NCBI RefSeq assembly: GCF_001194135.2
Contig: NC_069001.1
Coordinates: 23,804,483-23,868,482, forward strand
Reading direction: 5' to 3'
DNA length: 64,000 nucleotides
DNA from: Octopus bimaculoides
Lineage: Eukaryota
The stretch's first letter is position 1, and each line of letters starts with the position of its first letter. A model generated the notes under the pieces. The model did not search any database. It saw only the letters and a program-made list of their open reading frames with translations, and was not told the DNA's origin. Made by a program: the position numbers and the translations under genes. This document shows, in pieces, positions 40,775 to 53,640 of this stretch.

Positions 40775-41790
40775 TCTCCACTTTTATTTATATTTTTTCC
40801 TTTGGGAAGCAAGTGATTTTATTTATTTTATTCATCCCTTTTCCTTTCTAAGTGCTTTTTTTTCCCCATCTTAATATTTTTCTTTATGGCGTCTATTTAT
40901 AGGAACTCTGTGTTCTTCCTTTTTCTTTCACTTGTATGCATGGGTTCAACCACCTGTAATGGTGTTGGTACCTGGAATGTGTCATACAGCCAATCCATAG
41001 GTTCTTCTAATCTGTCTGGTTCATCTGTCTGGTTCCCAGCGACTTTGTCTGTGACTTTCTTGTTTGCTTTTCTCAAAGCTCTTTTAAAAGTGTCCACAAA
41101 ATGCTCTGCCTGTCAATTTGATCAGGGATGGTAAGGCACTATCATTTTATGTTTTACTTTATCAGATACAATCATATCAGGGATGCCAAATCTTGCCAAT
41201 AATTCATGCAAAAACTTCTTTAGTTTTGGAAGTTGATCTTTTGCACTTAACAATTTCTAGCCATTTTGTAAAACTGTCAACTACTACTAAATAGTAATAA
41301 CCCTTAAACGGACCCACAGGATCGATATGTAGTCTTGGCTATAGACTTTTTACTTTTGGCCAAGGCTCCCATTTTTTGTAGGTAATTTCGCTGCCAGGGC
41401 ACATCCTTATCTATCTTTGGCCAATACATGTAACTGTGCATAAGCACTTTCATTCTTGTGATCCCCGGATGTCCAATATGAAATTCTTTCAACATTTTTT
41501 TTCTTTTTGTAAAGTCTCATGTATCACTACCCTTTGGCCATACATCAGTAAACCATCGCATGTTGGAGATATGTTTACCTGTGGCTATTTTCTCTTATCG
41601 AACCTATTTTTGTTTTTTCTAGTTGACCACAAGGTCGTTTGTATTTCATTAAAGAACTTATCTCTTGATGCATGTTGCTTTATCTCTTCCAGAGTTATTG
41701 GTAACTCTCGTACAATGATCTACATTATGTGTTTAATTTCCCCATAAGTTCTTAGGGCTGCTATTACTGTGTTAAGTGGTGGCTGCACAG
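40443..41790 (-). mobile_element. Second degenerate Ty3/Gypsy element: RNaseH/integrase remnant, PPT and 3' LTR
   Basis: Minus translation: ELPITLEEIK...TCDGLLMYGQRVVI...LKEFHIGHPGITRMKVLMHSYMYWPKIDKDV (integrase H2C2 region), then GYYYLVVVDSFTKWLEI...ARFGIPDMIVSD...PYHP*SN*QAEHFVDTFKRAL with internal deletions. Confidence 0.88.
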
Positions 41791-42143
41791 CTCATTCTTG
41801 TTTCAAACTCCCTTTGGATCTGTCCAAGAAAGAGAAGGCAAACTGCAACATCAGTCGTGGTTCTATAAAAGGCAAACTTCTGGGTGAATGCAGGTTGATC
41901 ATTTGGGATTGATCATTTATCGAATTTAGCCAATGGAAAGATTGATTGGGGTATGTTGGCAATTCGGAGCGTATTTGGTGGAGAGGAGTGAAAAAAATGA
42001 ATGCCTTAATATGATCCACCTGATGTCCTTGGATACTATGGACTGTAATGATCTGAGGAATACGGACTGTGATTGTAAGAAACATGTGATTTGTGGGAAC
42101 GTGCATACCAATGCATTAAAACTTTTATGAATCCCATACATGG

Positions 42144-42176
<33 letters not shown>

Positions 42177-42180
42177 TATC

Positions 42181-42356
42181 GGCATAGGAATGGCTGTGTG
42201 GTAAGTATCTTGCTTACCAACCACATGGTTCCGGGTTCATTCCCACTGCATGGCACCTTGGGCTAGTGTCTTCTACTATAGACTTGGGCCGACCAAAGCT
42301 TTGTGAATGGATTTGGTAGACAGAAACTGAAAGAAGCCCATCGTATATATGTATAC

Positions 42357-42388
<32 letters not shown>

Positions 42389-42609
42389 GCATGTATATGT
42401 TTGAGTGTCTGTGTTTGTCCCCCCAACATTGCTTGACAACCGATGGTGCTGTGTTTACGTCCTCGTAACTTAGCGGTTCAGCATAAGAGACCGAGAGAAT
42501 AAGTACTAGGCTTACAAAGAATAAGTCCTGGGGTCGATTTGCTCGACTAAAGGTGGTGCTCCAGCATGGCCACAGTCAAATGATGGAAACAAGTAAAAGA
42601 GTAAAAGAG
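42181..42609 (+). mobile_element. Full-length family A SINE, plus strand
   Basis: A-box 42191-42201, B-box GGTTCATTCCC 42234-42244, CACCTTGGGCTAGTGTCTT, internal (TA)n, tail GTAAAAGAGTAAAAGAG. Confidence 0.9.
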
Positions 42610-43286
42610 ATTATCATTACCTCTGCCTTAGAGAAGGTGGGGGTATTGTTTTCAGTTGTGTTTGTTTGTTTGTTTGTTTGTCCATGGACAAGATATCTCA
42701 AGAAATGCTGGACGGATTCAAATGAAACTGTCAGGGATGTTTGGCTTTGTTACTGGCACGAATTTATTAGATTTAGGGATCGATCCTGTACTGAACATAA
42801 ATTCTGGATTATTTGTTATATTTACTTTACATGATTACGATCTTACGTTAACTTTCAAGTCTTTCTCAATTATCTCCCTTTAGGCTGTAACTATTTTGAA
42901 TGGTGAATTTGTTAACTTTGGCTTGTATGAGAATAGGATAAACTATTTATTAGTGTTACTAACTTTTCTACAGCCACCTTCACATTCCATGACTACCATT
43001 GAGATTGATCAGGTACTGGACAAGGATTCTGGATTATTTTTCCATTTTTTTTACTTAATTTTTGAGAGTGGTTGGGTTCATTTTTAGTATTATCCTTTGT
43101 TAGAGCAGTCAATTTTATTTCAAGTATTATCATTTAAAAAATCATCTCTGGCTAATCGTTGAGAGGACATTGGTCCTGCCTTGGCAGAGGTTTGCGCTGT
43201 CTGAGTGCTCTTGTTATAATAATAATAATAATTATTATTATTATTATATATGCATATATGTATTTATGTATATATATATAAGTATG

Positions 43287-43334
<48 letters not shown>

Positions 43335-43348
43335 TATGTATGTGTATG

Positions 43349-43383
<35 letters not shown>

Positions 43384-43793
43384 ATATGTAAATATATGCT
43401 ACAGAACCTCCCCAGACTAGTGCCAATATCTAAGTATTATCTAAACCTAATTAGATTGCCTATGAAGAAAACCAATGCCAATGTAAGTGATCCCCCAAAA
43501 TATTTTCTACTTTACAAGAATGAAAGAAAACTCAGAATAATAAGGCTTATGTGTATTCCCATCATTAGCGGCCAAATGGATATCACCGTGATTTTGATAC
43601 ATGGGCAGTACCATTCAGATTGGAAGTGTCAACAGTGTTGAAAATATTATTATTACTGCCTGGGAATCCACTGCCTTATTGCTACAAGTAACAACATCAA
43701 AATAAATAAACAGTATCATGTATACACATATAATGTGTGTATGTATACATATGCATGCAGATGCTATATACATAAGTATTTGCATGAACACAC

Positions 43794-43923
<130 letters not shown>

Positions 43924-45783
43924 GTATCTCATTAAGCTATAGATCATTGGTTATGTCATATTACTAGCAAGATTGTTACCATTGGTTCCATACCTAATAT
44001 TGCTGCTAGATAATTCTGATGACTCTTCAGACATGCTAGCTGGAAGTATACAACCTCTTTTACACTGGAGATTATTTCAGTAGTGACAGAAAGCTCAAAA
44101 AGCTGGAGTGAAAATTACTGAAAAACATTTTGTAGGTGACATGAAGGGTTATTTCCCATGGAGTGGTGTTAGCCATAGGTAAAGAGAGTTGGTAAGTCTT
44201 TCTCTCATTGAAAAAGGATCACATTGGTGAATATAATTTGCATTCATGAGAGCTGTGTCTAAAAATCAAAGTTTTTGAGGTCAAGTAAATTACCAGATCA
44301 TTTGAATTTTTAGAGTAATTATCTTCTGTACCTAACAGAGATACATCTTTGCTTGGCAGAAAAAAAAAATTCATTCTGAAAAGTTGGCATAATCTGAGTG
44401 CTTTCTTGAACTTAAAAAGAGAACTTCTAATCTGCACATCTATATTTTGCACCCTTGCAGAGACGATGATTATCATCATCAACATTTAACATCTGTATTC
44501 CATGCTGGCATGGGTTAGATGGCTTGGCAGGAACTGACAAGGTCAGAAGCTGCACCAAATTGCATAGTTAGTTTTGGCTTGGTTTCTATGGGTGGATGCG
44601 CTCTCTTGTGCCAGCCACTTTACAAAGTGTACTGGGTGCTTTTTATGAGGCACCATCACCAATGCAGTGTGTTTTACATTCCACTGGCACCCACATCAAT
44701 GCTTTTTATTTGACACATTGGTTTTAGGATCTCACTTCTGTTGTGATGGGTGGGTCTTCTCAAGTACATTTTGTTGTGATTGGCAGGTCTTGTTGAATAC
44801 AAATCTACATTAAAACATTAAGTAGTTTATCATTGGAATTTATTCAAGTTTTATTTACTGCCAATCATAGTAATGGTGGGTAGAAACTATGACTCTTTCT
44901 AAGACTTCCAAGACTGAGAGAAGAATAGATGTTTTCTTCAGTTCAAAGACCAGGCCCAAATGTTTACAAGAGAATGGATTTGACTAGAATCACTCTGGAA
45001 TTGAATGATGATAGTTAACCAACCAATACACGCACATGTATTGGTTGGGCTTCTTTCAGTTTCCGTCTACCAAATCCACTCATAAGACTTTGCTTGGCCC
45101 AGAGTTATAGTAGAAGATACTTGCCCAAGGTGCCATGCATTGGACTGAACCTGAAACCATGAGGTTGGCAAGTAAGCTTCTTACTGCAAAACTAAGCTTG
45201 CACTTCTGTACTTTGTGTCTCCTAATTTCTCTCACATCCTTGCATTGATCACTTCACACTTGCATTTTATTTTTTTTAACCTTTTTAAAAATATTTTATA
45301 ATTAAACTTTAGTATTTATCACTCATAAAGCAGCAAACTGGCAGAATTGTTAGCATTCCTGGCAAAATGCTTAGCAGCATTTCATCTGTCTTTATGCTCT
45401 GAGTTCAAATTTCACCAAGGTAGACTTTCTCTTCTATGCTTTTGGGGTTGATAAAATAAGTACCAGTGAACATTGCGGACATTTAATCGACTTAACCCCC
45501 CCCCCCCGAAATTTCTGGCCTTGTGCCAAAATTTGAAACCAATATTTTACACTCCTTGAAATCATTTCCATGATATAGAATAAAATATTTTCTCAAATTT
45601 TGAAAATGTACCAGTGGTGGTGCATATGGTGGCTTGTTAAATTTGTGATGAACTAGGTGACAGTTAATAAGTTAATTGAGATTTAGTTGTCATCTATTTC
45701 TGGCAGGCTGGGCAACCACCAAGAAGCTCCTTCACTGACTTCAACTAAAGACAGGTGGATAGCAATTAGGGAATATAAACTGT

Positions 45784-46046
45784 TTAAACCATTCAATATT
45801 CAGATTGTTAATGCTTATTAATTCACATTGTTTTGAATTTAATCATGAATTACGTTGTAGCTTCAAGTGTTTGATGATGTGGTAGTTTATTTTTAGAATG
45901 ACATTATAGAGTAGATGTGACGGACCAGACTTGACCAGTTTGAATGTAAAGCAGATAGAATATTTGGGCCAGATATGATCAGTTTAAATGTAAAGCAGAT
46001 AGAATATTTGGGCCAGATATGATCAGTTTAAATGCTAAAGGGTTAA
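45784..46046. mobile_element. piggyBac-like MITE with internal 44-bp tandem duplication
   Basis: Ends ...AATGCTAAAGGG|TTAA. Family copies: 10818-11045 (TTAG|CCCTTTAGCATT), 53050-53275 (opposite orientation), partials at 2146-2260 and 3820-3917. The superfamily call rests only on TTAA/CCC..GGG termini. Confidence 0.65.
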
Positions 46047-46185
46047 TAGAGGATCTGATGGAATTAGTGATGAGGGTCTGGGTTGGCATTCAGGGAATAT
46101 AAACAATTTAAAATGCAATGAATTGATTTACATTGAGGATGAGGATATTTCTAATGTTTCAGGCAGTACTCGATAAAACATCATC

Positions 46186-46480
46186 ATCATCATTTAAGGT
46201 CCATTGTCCACGCTGGCATGGGTTGGACAGTTTGACCAGGGCTGGCATACTGGAAGGCTGCAACAGGCTCCAGTCTGATTTGGCATGGTTTTCTACAGCT
46301 GGATGCCCTTCCTAACGCTAACCACTCTGAGAGTGTAATGGGTGCCACCAGATGGGTACCATTTGCATGACAGTGGTATCTGCCATGACACTACGATTTT
46401 GCTCAGCTTGATGGGTCTTCTCAAGCATAACATAAGGCCAAAGGCCTTGGTCATTGCCTCGGTGAGGCCCAACACTCAAA
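46186..46480 (-). mobile_element. RTE LINE 3' end
   Basis: Minus ORF 46293-46475 begins LGLTEAMT; shared 3' UTR and CATCATCAT (minus GAT) tail. Further tail-only copies at ~2305-2521(+), 14640-14880(-), 19786-19975(-), 21230-21375, 36830-37075(+), 44475-44710(-), 59680-59760(+), 61280-61550(+). Confidence 0.8.
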
Positions 46481-48069
46481 AAGAACTTAGATAACTTCAG
46501 TTTTCTCTGTAATGAATTTCCACTCATGAAGAATTTCAACTGAAGTGAAAGATTTTTTTCAACTTTTTCCTGTCAAATGAGATGTGGTTGTGTGGCAAGA
46601 AGTTTGCTTACCAACCGCATGGTTTTGGCTTCAGTGTTAGTGCAGGACACATTGGGCAAGTGTCTTCTACTATAGCATCAGGCCAACCAACACCTCGTGA
46701 GTGGATTTGGTAGATGGAAACTGAAAGAAGCCCTTCATATGTGTTTGTACGTGTGTGCGTGTGTGTGTGTCTTTGTGTCTTGATAACTGGTGCTTCTGTA
46801 TTTATGTCCCTGTAACTTAGCGGTTTAGTAAAAGCAACTGACTGAATGACTATCAGGCTTTAACAAAAAAAAAAAAGTATTGGGATTGATTCATTCAACT
46901 GAAAATTCTTCAAGGTGGTGCCTCAGCATGGCCACATTATAATGACTAAAGCAAGTTAAAGATACTAGGATAAACCAATTTATTTATTACACGTTTGCAT
47001 TGTTTTATCAGTTGAGCTTCATTTAGAAGAGTTCCCAGGACCGATTGGTGATCTGACATAAATGCTTGCAACAGACAGGATCCTGCTATAGTAACTCAAG
47101 GGTCCAGTGGTATTGTTAAACTAGGTAACTCTTCTTGAATGACATTGACATTGTTAATCTCATCAATCCTGTAGGACTTGTGAAAGCTTGGGGCTCAGGT
47201 CTTTCTGCCAGGCTAAAACCATTAATAAATAAATTAATTTAAAAAAAGGCATTAGAAGAAAGAATCTCTGGTGTTCAAATAATATTGAAAATATCCATTG
47301 AGTAAATTTGTCAAATCATAATAAAAACAGGATAAAATAACTGTTTATGGAATTGCATAGCTGTTATTGGTTTTTGGTTATTACAGTGATGATGACGATG
47401 GTGATGGTGACAAAAATAAATTGATTGGTGTTGTTGGGTAGCTATTGTCGGAAGACAGCTGGAAATATCTGCATATGCTTTGTTAGTCCAACAAACAAAA
47501 ATAGACACTTATGGCGCTGATGTTGGTGATGATTTTCGTTAAAATGCTTCAGGGCAAACTGAATTTCTAATAAAACAAACATGCTTGAACACATGATGGC
47601 TTACTAAATAAGGATTATAACAACAACAACAACAACAACAATAATAATAATAACAATAATAATAATAATAATAATAATAATAATTATAATTATAATAATA
47701 ATGAATATGGATGATGATGATTACAGCATGGCAAGTTTGTTATTTAATAATTGCCTTGGAACATAATTGAAAAATATTTTTCCTATTGCATGCAACGACA
47801 GTGAATAAATAAACAGATTGAGCTAGTCACCTGCTTAGTCAATTAGGTAATATGGAAATTGCCAGATCAAATGTCTGGCATAGCAACCCCATCATCAACT
47901 GTTACAAGGGCAAAAGAGATAAAGTAAAGGCAGGAGGAAATTACAGAGGTGCCAAATTGTTGGACTACTTCTAGAACTTATGTAGAAGATTTATAATTTA
48001 ATCCATCAGGAATGGATTAACCAAGATGTGATTCGGTTCAACATTGTACCTGGAAGTACTCGTACTATA

Positions 48070-48326
48070 TCCCTAGTGAACAAATCAAGGAGTGAGCCTC
48101 TGTACTTTATGCTTATAAAGATTGAGAAGGTCTTTGACACAATGCCTCAGTTTATGATTTGATGGCCACTTGGGAATGGTTTGTGAGGGATATGCAAACC
48201 ATGAATACAAATGCAGTCTGCTAGATGAAAATCAACAATGAACATAGCAATGAATTTGGAGTGAGCTACTATGTTTTCGTCAGGGTTTCAGTTCTTAGTC
48301 CTCTTCTATTTATTATAATCCTCCAG
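48070..48326 (+). mobile_element. RTE-clade LINE reverse transcriptase fragment
   Basis: PLYFMLIKIEKVFDTMP...EWFVRDMQTM...NEHSNEFGV...(Q)GSVLSPLLFIIILQ with frameshifts, matching the RTE RT KAFD...QGSVLSPLLF region. Confidence 0.8.
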
Positions 48327-48328
48327 CT

Positions 48329-48606
48329 CAGTATTTTTCAACCATTGTTTACCTGTATGCTCCTTTGATTCCTGTTTTACTCAGGTGGGCCTTCATAACC
48401 ATTCAACGTTTAAAAAATCATATATCTTTATAATTAGATATTATTAGGAATTGTATTAAAAAAATTGTCAAAATACTTTGTATATTATAGAAGTATGGCC
48501 AATTTATTGCAGATAAATTTTAACAACAAAATTTTATATGGGCCCACCGCCAAGGGCCATATGCCCCCCCCCCCGGGGCCATATTGACCCCAGTTGCAAA
48601 CCACTG
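48329..48606. mobile_element. hAT (Charlie-like) MITE remnant
   Basis: Ends CAGTATTTTTCAACC / reverse complement CAGTGGTTTGCAACTGGGGTC; no 8-bp TSD recognised. Confidence 0.45.
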
Positions 48607-49595
48607 TTCTAAGCCATAATAACGGAGTTCAAGATTGGCTGTCCAGGGGTACTCTTGTATGTTGACTGTCCTCAGATTGACACCCAAACACTCTGAAATG
48701 CTCATATTGGAGCTTCCGGTATGAATGCCAAACAGTACAGTATGTTATTTCCAAATTTTTGGCAGAGTGAATTGCGTCATGGTGCTGTTTTTCTTACAGA
48801 TGGTGCCCAACTGACCCTACTATACTGTGTAGTCAACAAAACCAAACAATGCACATGCGCGAAATATAAAATGGCAATAATTTATCCATTGCAGCCTTTA
48901 CACACACACACACACACACACGCACATGCGCGCACAGATATACAGAAGCATTTTAGATAGCTAGATAGATATACACCTCGTTAGACACATAAATGTATAG
49001 GTATTTCACACACGTGTAGTATAAACACACGCATATATAAGTTATGTACTCAAGAAAGACATTATTGTTAAAATCATTTGTACAAATTATATACCCAGTG
49101 AAGTCATTGTTACTGAAGCCAAGGAATCCATACATATTCCAGAAGTTTGTTGATCCAAACAATAGACTAAAATGAATAATTCTGTCACAAAAGGAAAACT
49201 CGATTCACTTTTAGCGCTTTCTTTATTGACTAGCGTTTCATGCTGTTTCGTGATTACAGAATAATTTGTTCACAGAGATACACAAGCTTTGCTAGGCTCG
49301 GTCACATGAATGAGCATATTGTGTTCCATCTGTGCTATTCGATAAGTGCTCCAGTGTCACTTGCTATTTCATGTTGGATAAAGTCCTCAAATAAGATGAT
49401 AGTTAGTTGCAACAGTACACACGTAACATATATGCACATGGATACATATATATATTCATATGTATGTATGTATATATATATATATATATATATATNNNNN
49501 NNNNNNNNNNNNNNNNNNNNNNNNNNNNNNNNNNNNNNNNNNNNNNNNNNNNNNNNNNNNNNNNNNNNNNNNNNNNNNNNNNNNNNNNNNNNNNN

Positions 49596-49631
<36 letters not shown>

Positions 49632-50025
49632 GTAATTATATGTGTATAAATATGTATGTATGCGTGTGTGTGTGTGTAAAATGATTATTAGTAACAGAAG
49701 CTGTATGAATACCTATTGGTATTATTTATCCCCACGTAAAAGTGGATGTTGTGATAGAACACGTTTCTGTGCATACCAGTAGCAGTGATATCTCTGCTAC
49801 TGTCTTCAGGATCTGAGTGTCTACCACAGAGAAGGCCAAGGAAGACTGAAATTGTTTGATCTGGTAGTCTTGGCATAGGTGATAAAGGTGATTTATTTCC
49901 CTGCTAGCAATGTAAAAAAGAGTGCTTATATGCATCAAAACCAATATGAGATTTTCTCTCTTAGTAACTATTGCACTATTATGTGTTCTAATATAATATC
50001 CACTTTTAAAGCAGGGATATATATA

Positions 50026-50061
<36 letters not shown>

Positions 50062-50164
50062 AGAAACAAGTTAAAAATAATGGTCATTACATATCATTCC
50101 TTTATACCTCATGATTGTGAGCCTGATGCACTAACCANNNNNNNNNNATATATACATATATATA

Positions 50165-51846
50165 TAGGGTTGGCAATTAAGTTCCCGCGGTTTTTTTAAA
50201 TTTTGGAATTTATTGCGTTTTTAAATTTTAGAATCTGCTTTTCTTTTTTCTAGAATTCTGCTTTTCGATCATTTTGTAATCTATTTTTTTTTTCTAGTTA
50301 ATTTTAGTTAATTTTTGTTTATTTTCAGATTATTAAAATGGAATGTCAAGTTAAGAATTTTATTGGAAGTCGATCCAATGTAAGTAGTATTTATATTATC
50401 ATTATTACTACAGTTATTATCCTTCAAAATCACTATACATTTATATACTACATCCTCAACGTTACATCTATTATTAAATTTACATTTAGTCATATCTCTA
50501 CAATTACAATCAATTATATTTTGGACTCCAATGGAGGTATTATTTAAATTATTATTGTAAAACTTATTTAATTTAAATTTATTAAAGGATGAAATGATAT
50601 TGGCAACATTATTAGTGGTAGAGTAACCAACTCCAAAATTATTGCTAGAAAATGTGTCCTTATATTTCTTGCTGTCTTTAATAAATATCTTAATTATATT
50701 TAAAATCTCTTTAATAATGTTAGTTTTTACCTGTATCCCATAGGGATCTATTAGCCATATTTTATTATTATTACTATGAGGTTTTTTGTTCATATTACTA
50801 CCTATCTCTGGCTTTAGGTGATTCTGAATACTGTGCTTATTATTATAATAGAAGGTGTATTCATCATTTAAGTTATCTTTTAAGTTATAATTATATTTAG
50901 AACTGTTGAAAAATTTAATATTATGATTGTATCCTGCCTTATGAAGTGCTTCATTTTAATATAGTGTGTGTTTATTGAATATCTCATAGTTGGAAGAAAG
51001 TACTGAAATTCTTTTCCCTATATTATTTACTAATGCTTTCTTAATAGAAGGTAGATGGTTACTCTTAGCGTTAATATATGGGTTCTACATGCTTTAAGCA
51101 ACAAAACAAAAATCAACGAGCCACAATCTCCGCTGGTTTGCTTGCTCATCACCACTCAACTCATGGACACAAGCAACAATTTCTTCACCAAATCATTACT
51201 GGTGACGAAAAATGGTGCCTGTACATCAATATGAATCAGCGTAAGGAATGGTTTAGCCCCGGTAAACAAGTGACACCACGCGTGAAACAAGATCTTCATC
51301 CGTGTAAAACGATGTTGTGCATATGGTGGGACTGGAGAGGGATTATCCATTACAAATTCCTTGAACAGAACCAAAAGGTCAACATGGAACTCTGTGTTCA
51401 ACAGATGGAATGCCTCAACACGGCTATTCAAGAGAAAAGACCTAATCGTCAGCATGGAGTTCTTCTGCTGTACAACAACGCCTGCCCTCATATCGCCAAT
51501 TTGACCAAGGAAGCCATTCAAATGCCTGGCTAGGATGTGCTGCTACACCCGCCATACTCTCCTCATTTTGCACCAATGGATTTCCACCTCTTTCAATCTC
51601 TTTCAAATGCTAAGTACGGAGTTTCGTTCAATACTGATGCAGAACTGAGAGCTTGGTTGGATCAATTTTTCGAGTCGAAATCAGGTGATTTCTACCAACA
51701 AGGTATTAAAAATCTTGGTGAATGTTGGGAAGAAGTTGTAAACAATAAAGGTGAATACATTATTGATTAATTAGTTGTTATTTTTTATTAAACTTTTTAA
51801 AGAAATTAAATTAAAAAAGACAGCAGGAACTTAGTTGCCAACTAAA
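50165..51846 (+). mobile_element. Mariner (DD34D) element with TIRs; N-terminal half replaced by a foreign insert
   Basis: Ends TATAGGGTTGGCAATTAAGTTCCCGCGG (50163-50190) and reverse complement of 51821-51848 match at 22/28, each with outer TA. Start MECQVK at 50338; WV(P)HAL-like motif at 51079; TGDEKW...MLCIWWD...YNNACPH...HPPYSPHFAPMDFHLF; one in-frame TAG at 51531-51533. Confidence 0.93.
50358..51084 (-). mobile_element. Penelope-like element fragment (RT C-terminal region, linker, start of GIY-YIG endonuclease) inside the mariner
   Basis: One minus frame: PYINAKSNHLPSIKKALVNNIGKRISVLSSNYEIFNKHTLY*NEALHKAGY...KIWLIDPYGIQVKTNI...GYSTTNNVANIISSFN...CNCRDMTKCKFNNRCNVEDVVYKC...TYIGSTSN. This has the PLE-typical SNHP, CxC..C...C and VVY/YIG motifs; single stop at 50956-50958. 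Confidence 0.88.
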
Positions 51847-52273
51847 TATATATATGTATATATATAAGGAAAAAAGAAGAAAATGGAGATTTCAAAGTTA
51901 ATGAGAGTTCATTATCAGCATCAAATCAGTGATTATCTGCTGCAATGAATTTACAAACAAACATATATAGCATCTATAATTTTTCCCTCTGAAGACATTA
52001 TGCACAGAAATATGAATTTAATATTTAATTAACTTCACTGTGTGTAACTGAAACAGCTGTAAGGGATGATGATTGATTTATTGTTGATAATGAACTCTTA
52101 TTAACTTCAAAATCTCCATTTTCTTCTTTTTTCCTTTGTATGAATATAAACTACAGTTTATATATAAACCTATTATTTTAAGGAAATCAGTTCCTCCCAA
52201 AATATCAGGTATTGAACTAATATTTCCTTGGGTGACACCATCCCTTCAAGAAGGTAGCATAACCTCTAAATGG

Positions 52274-52311
<38 letters not shown>

Positions 52312-52693
52312 CATAAATATATAGGGCTTAGCATGAGATGCTTCACCAACATACTGAAAATTTAGAAATAGAAGTCAAAGAACTACTGATTCCAAACTAC
52401 ANNNNNNNNNNNNNNNNNNNNNNNNNNNNNNNNNNNNNNNNNNNNNNNNNNNNNNNNNNNNNNNNNNNNNNNNNNNNNNNNNNNNNNNNNNNNNNNNNNN
52501 NNNNNNNNNNNNNNNNNNNNNNNNNNNNNNNNNNNNNNNNNNNNNNNNNNNNNNNNNNNNNNNNNNNNNNNNNNNNNNNNNNNNNNNNNNNNNNNNNNNN
52601 NNNNNNNNNNNNNNNNNNNNNNNNNNNNNNNNNNNNNNNNNNNNNNNNNNNNNNNNNNNNNNNNNNNNNNNNNNNNNNNNNNNNNNNNNNNNN

Positions 52694-52729
<36 letters not shown>

Positions 52730-53334
52730 CATATATATATATGTACATGTATATATGAATGTGTGTGTGTATAAAAAGTTCACTAATGTCTAGCCTATAA
52801 CCAATCCTGCTCTCTAAACAGTATATGTATTGCTTGGTTTTTAACATCCCTATTGTAATCTCTCTTACGTGTTGCATACTATGGCTGACCATAGTGAAAA
52901 ACAGAAAGCACTCAATAAAAAACCCACATGATGGCATGAAGGCATATGTATAGAAAGCTCTTTGAACATCTGCTGTGAGAGGCGACTATCATTGTCACAC
53001 TGTACAAAATAATGTAGAACAGGAAAGCCACATATGTGGTGCTCTCATATAACTTTTTAGCATTCGAATCAGCCATATCTAACCAAAATATTCTTATGTT
53101 CAAACATATTCTTATATTCCAGCTTCTTGTACCTACATCACAATGTCATTCTAATGAAAAACAATCACATCATTGAAATTTCAAAGCCACAAGATAATGC
53201 ATGCTTAATTCAAAACAATGGGAATAAGTAAGCATTACATTTAACAGAATATTCTGAATGCTTAAAAGTTCAGAGAAAAGTAAAGAAATGGCATTTCTCA
53301 AAAGTGAGTCGCAGCCATCATAAATGTATGGATA

Positions 53335-53640
53335 TATGTATGCATGTTGTTTGTTTGTTGGCACTCCGTCACTTACGACGTCGAGGGTTCCAGTTGATCC
53401 GATCAACGGAACAGCCTGCTCATGAAATTAACGTACAAGTGGCTGAGCACTCCACAGACACGTGTACCATTAATGTAGTTCTTGTGGATATTCAGTGTGA
53501 CACAGTGTGACAAGGCTGACCCTTTGAATTACAGGCAAAACAGAAACAGGAAGTAAGAGTGAGAGAAAGCTGTGGTGAAAAAGTACAGCAGGGTTCACCA
53601 CCATCCCCTGCCGGAGCCTCTTGGAGCTTTAGGTGTTTTC
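53335..53640 (-). repeat. Further interspersed repeat family (SINE-like)
   Basis: GTTCCAGTTGATC.GATCA..G.AACAGC.TGCT..TGAAATTAAC...TGGCTGAG.ACTCCACAGACA shared with 56160-56320. Confidence 0.65.

Noticed and set aside
53249-53304. Exon candidate YSECLKVQRKVKKWHFSK|gtgagt
   Set aside because: Overlaps the terminus of a TTAA-MITE copy.
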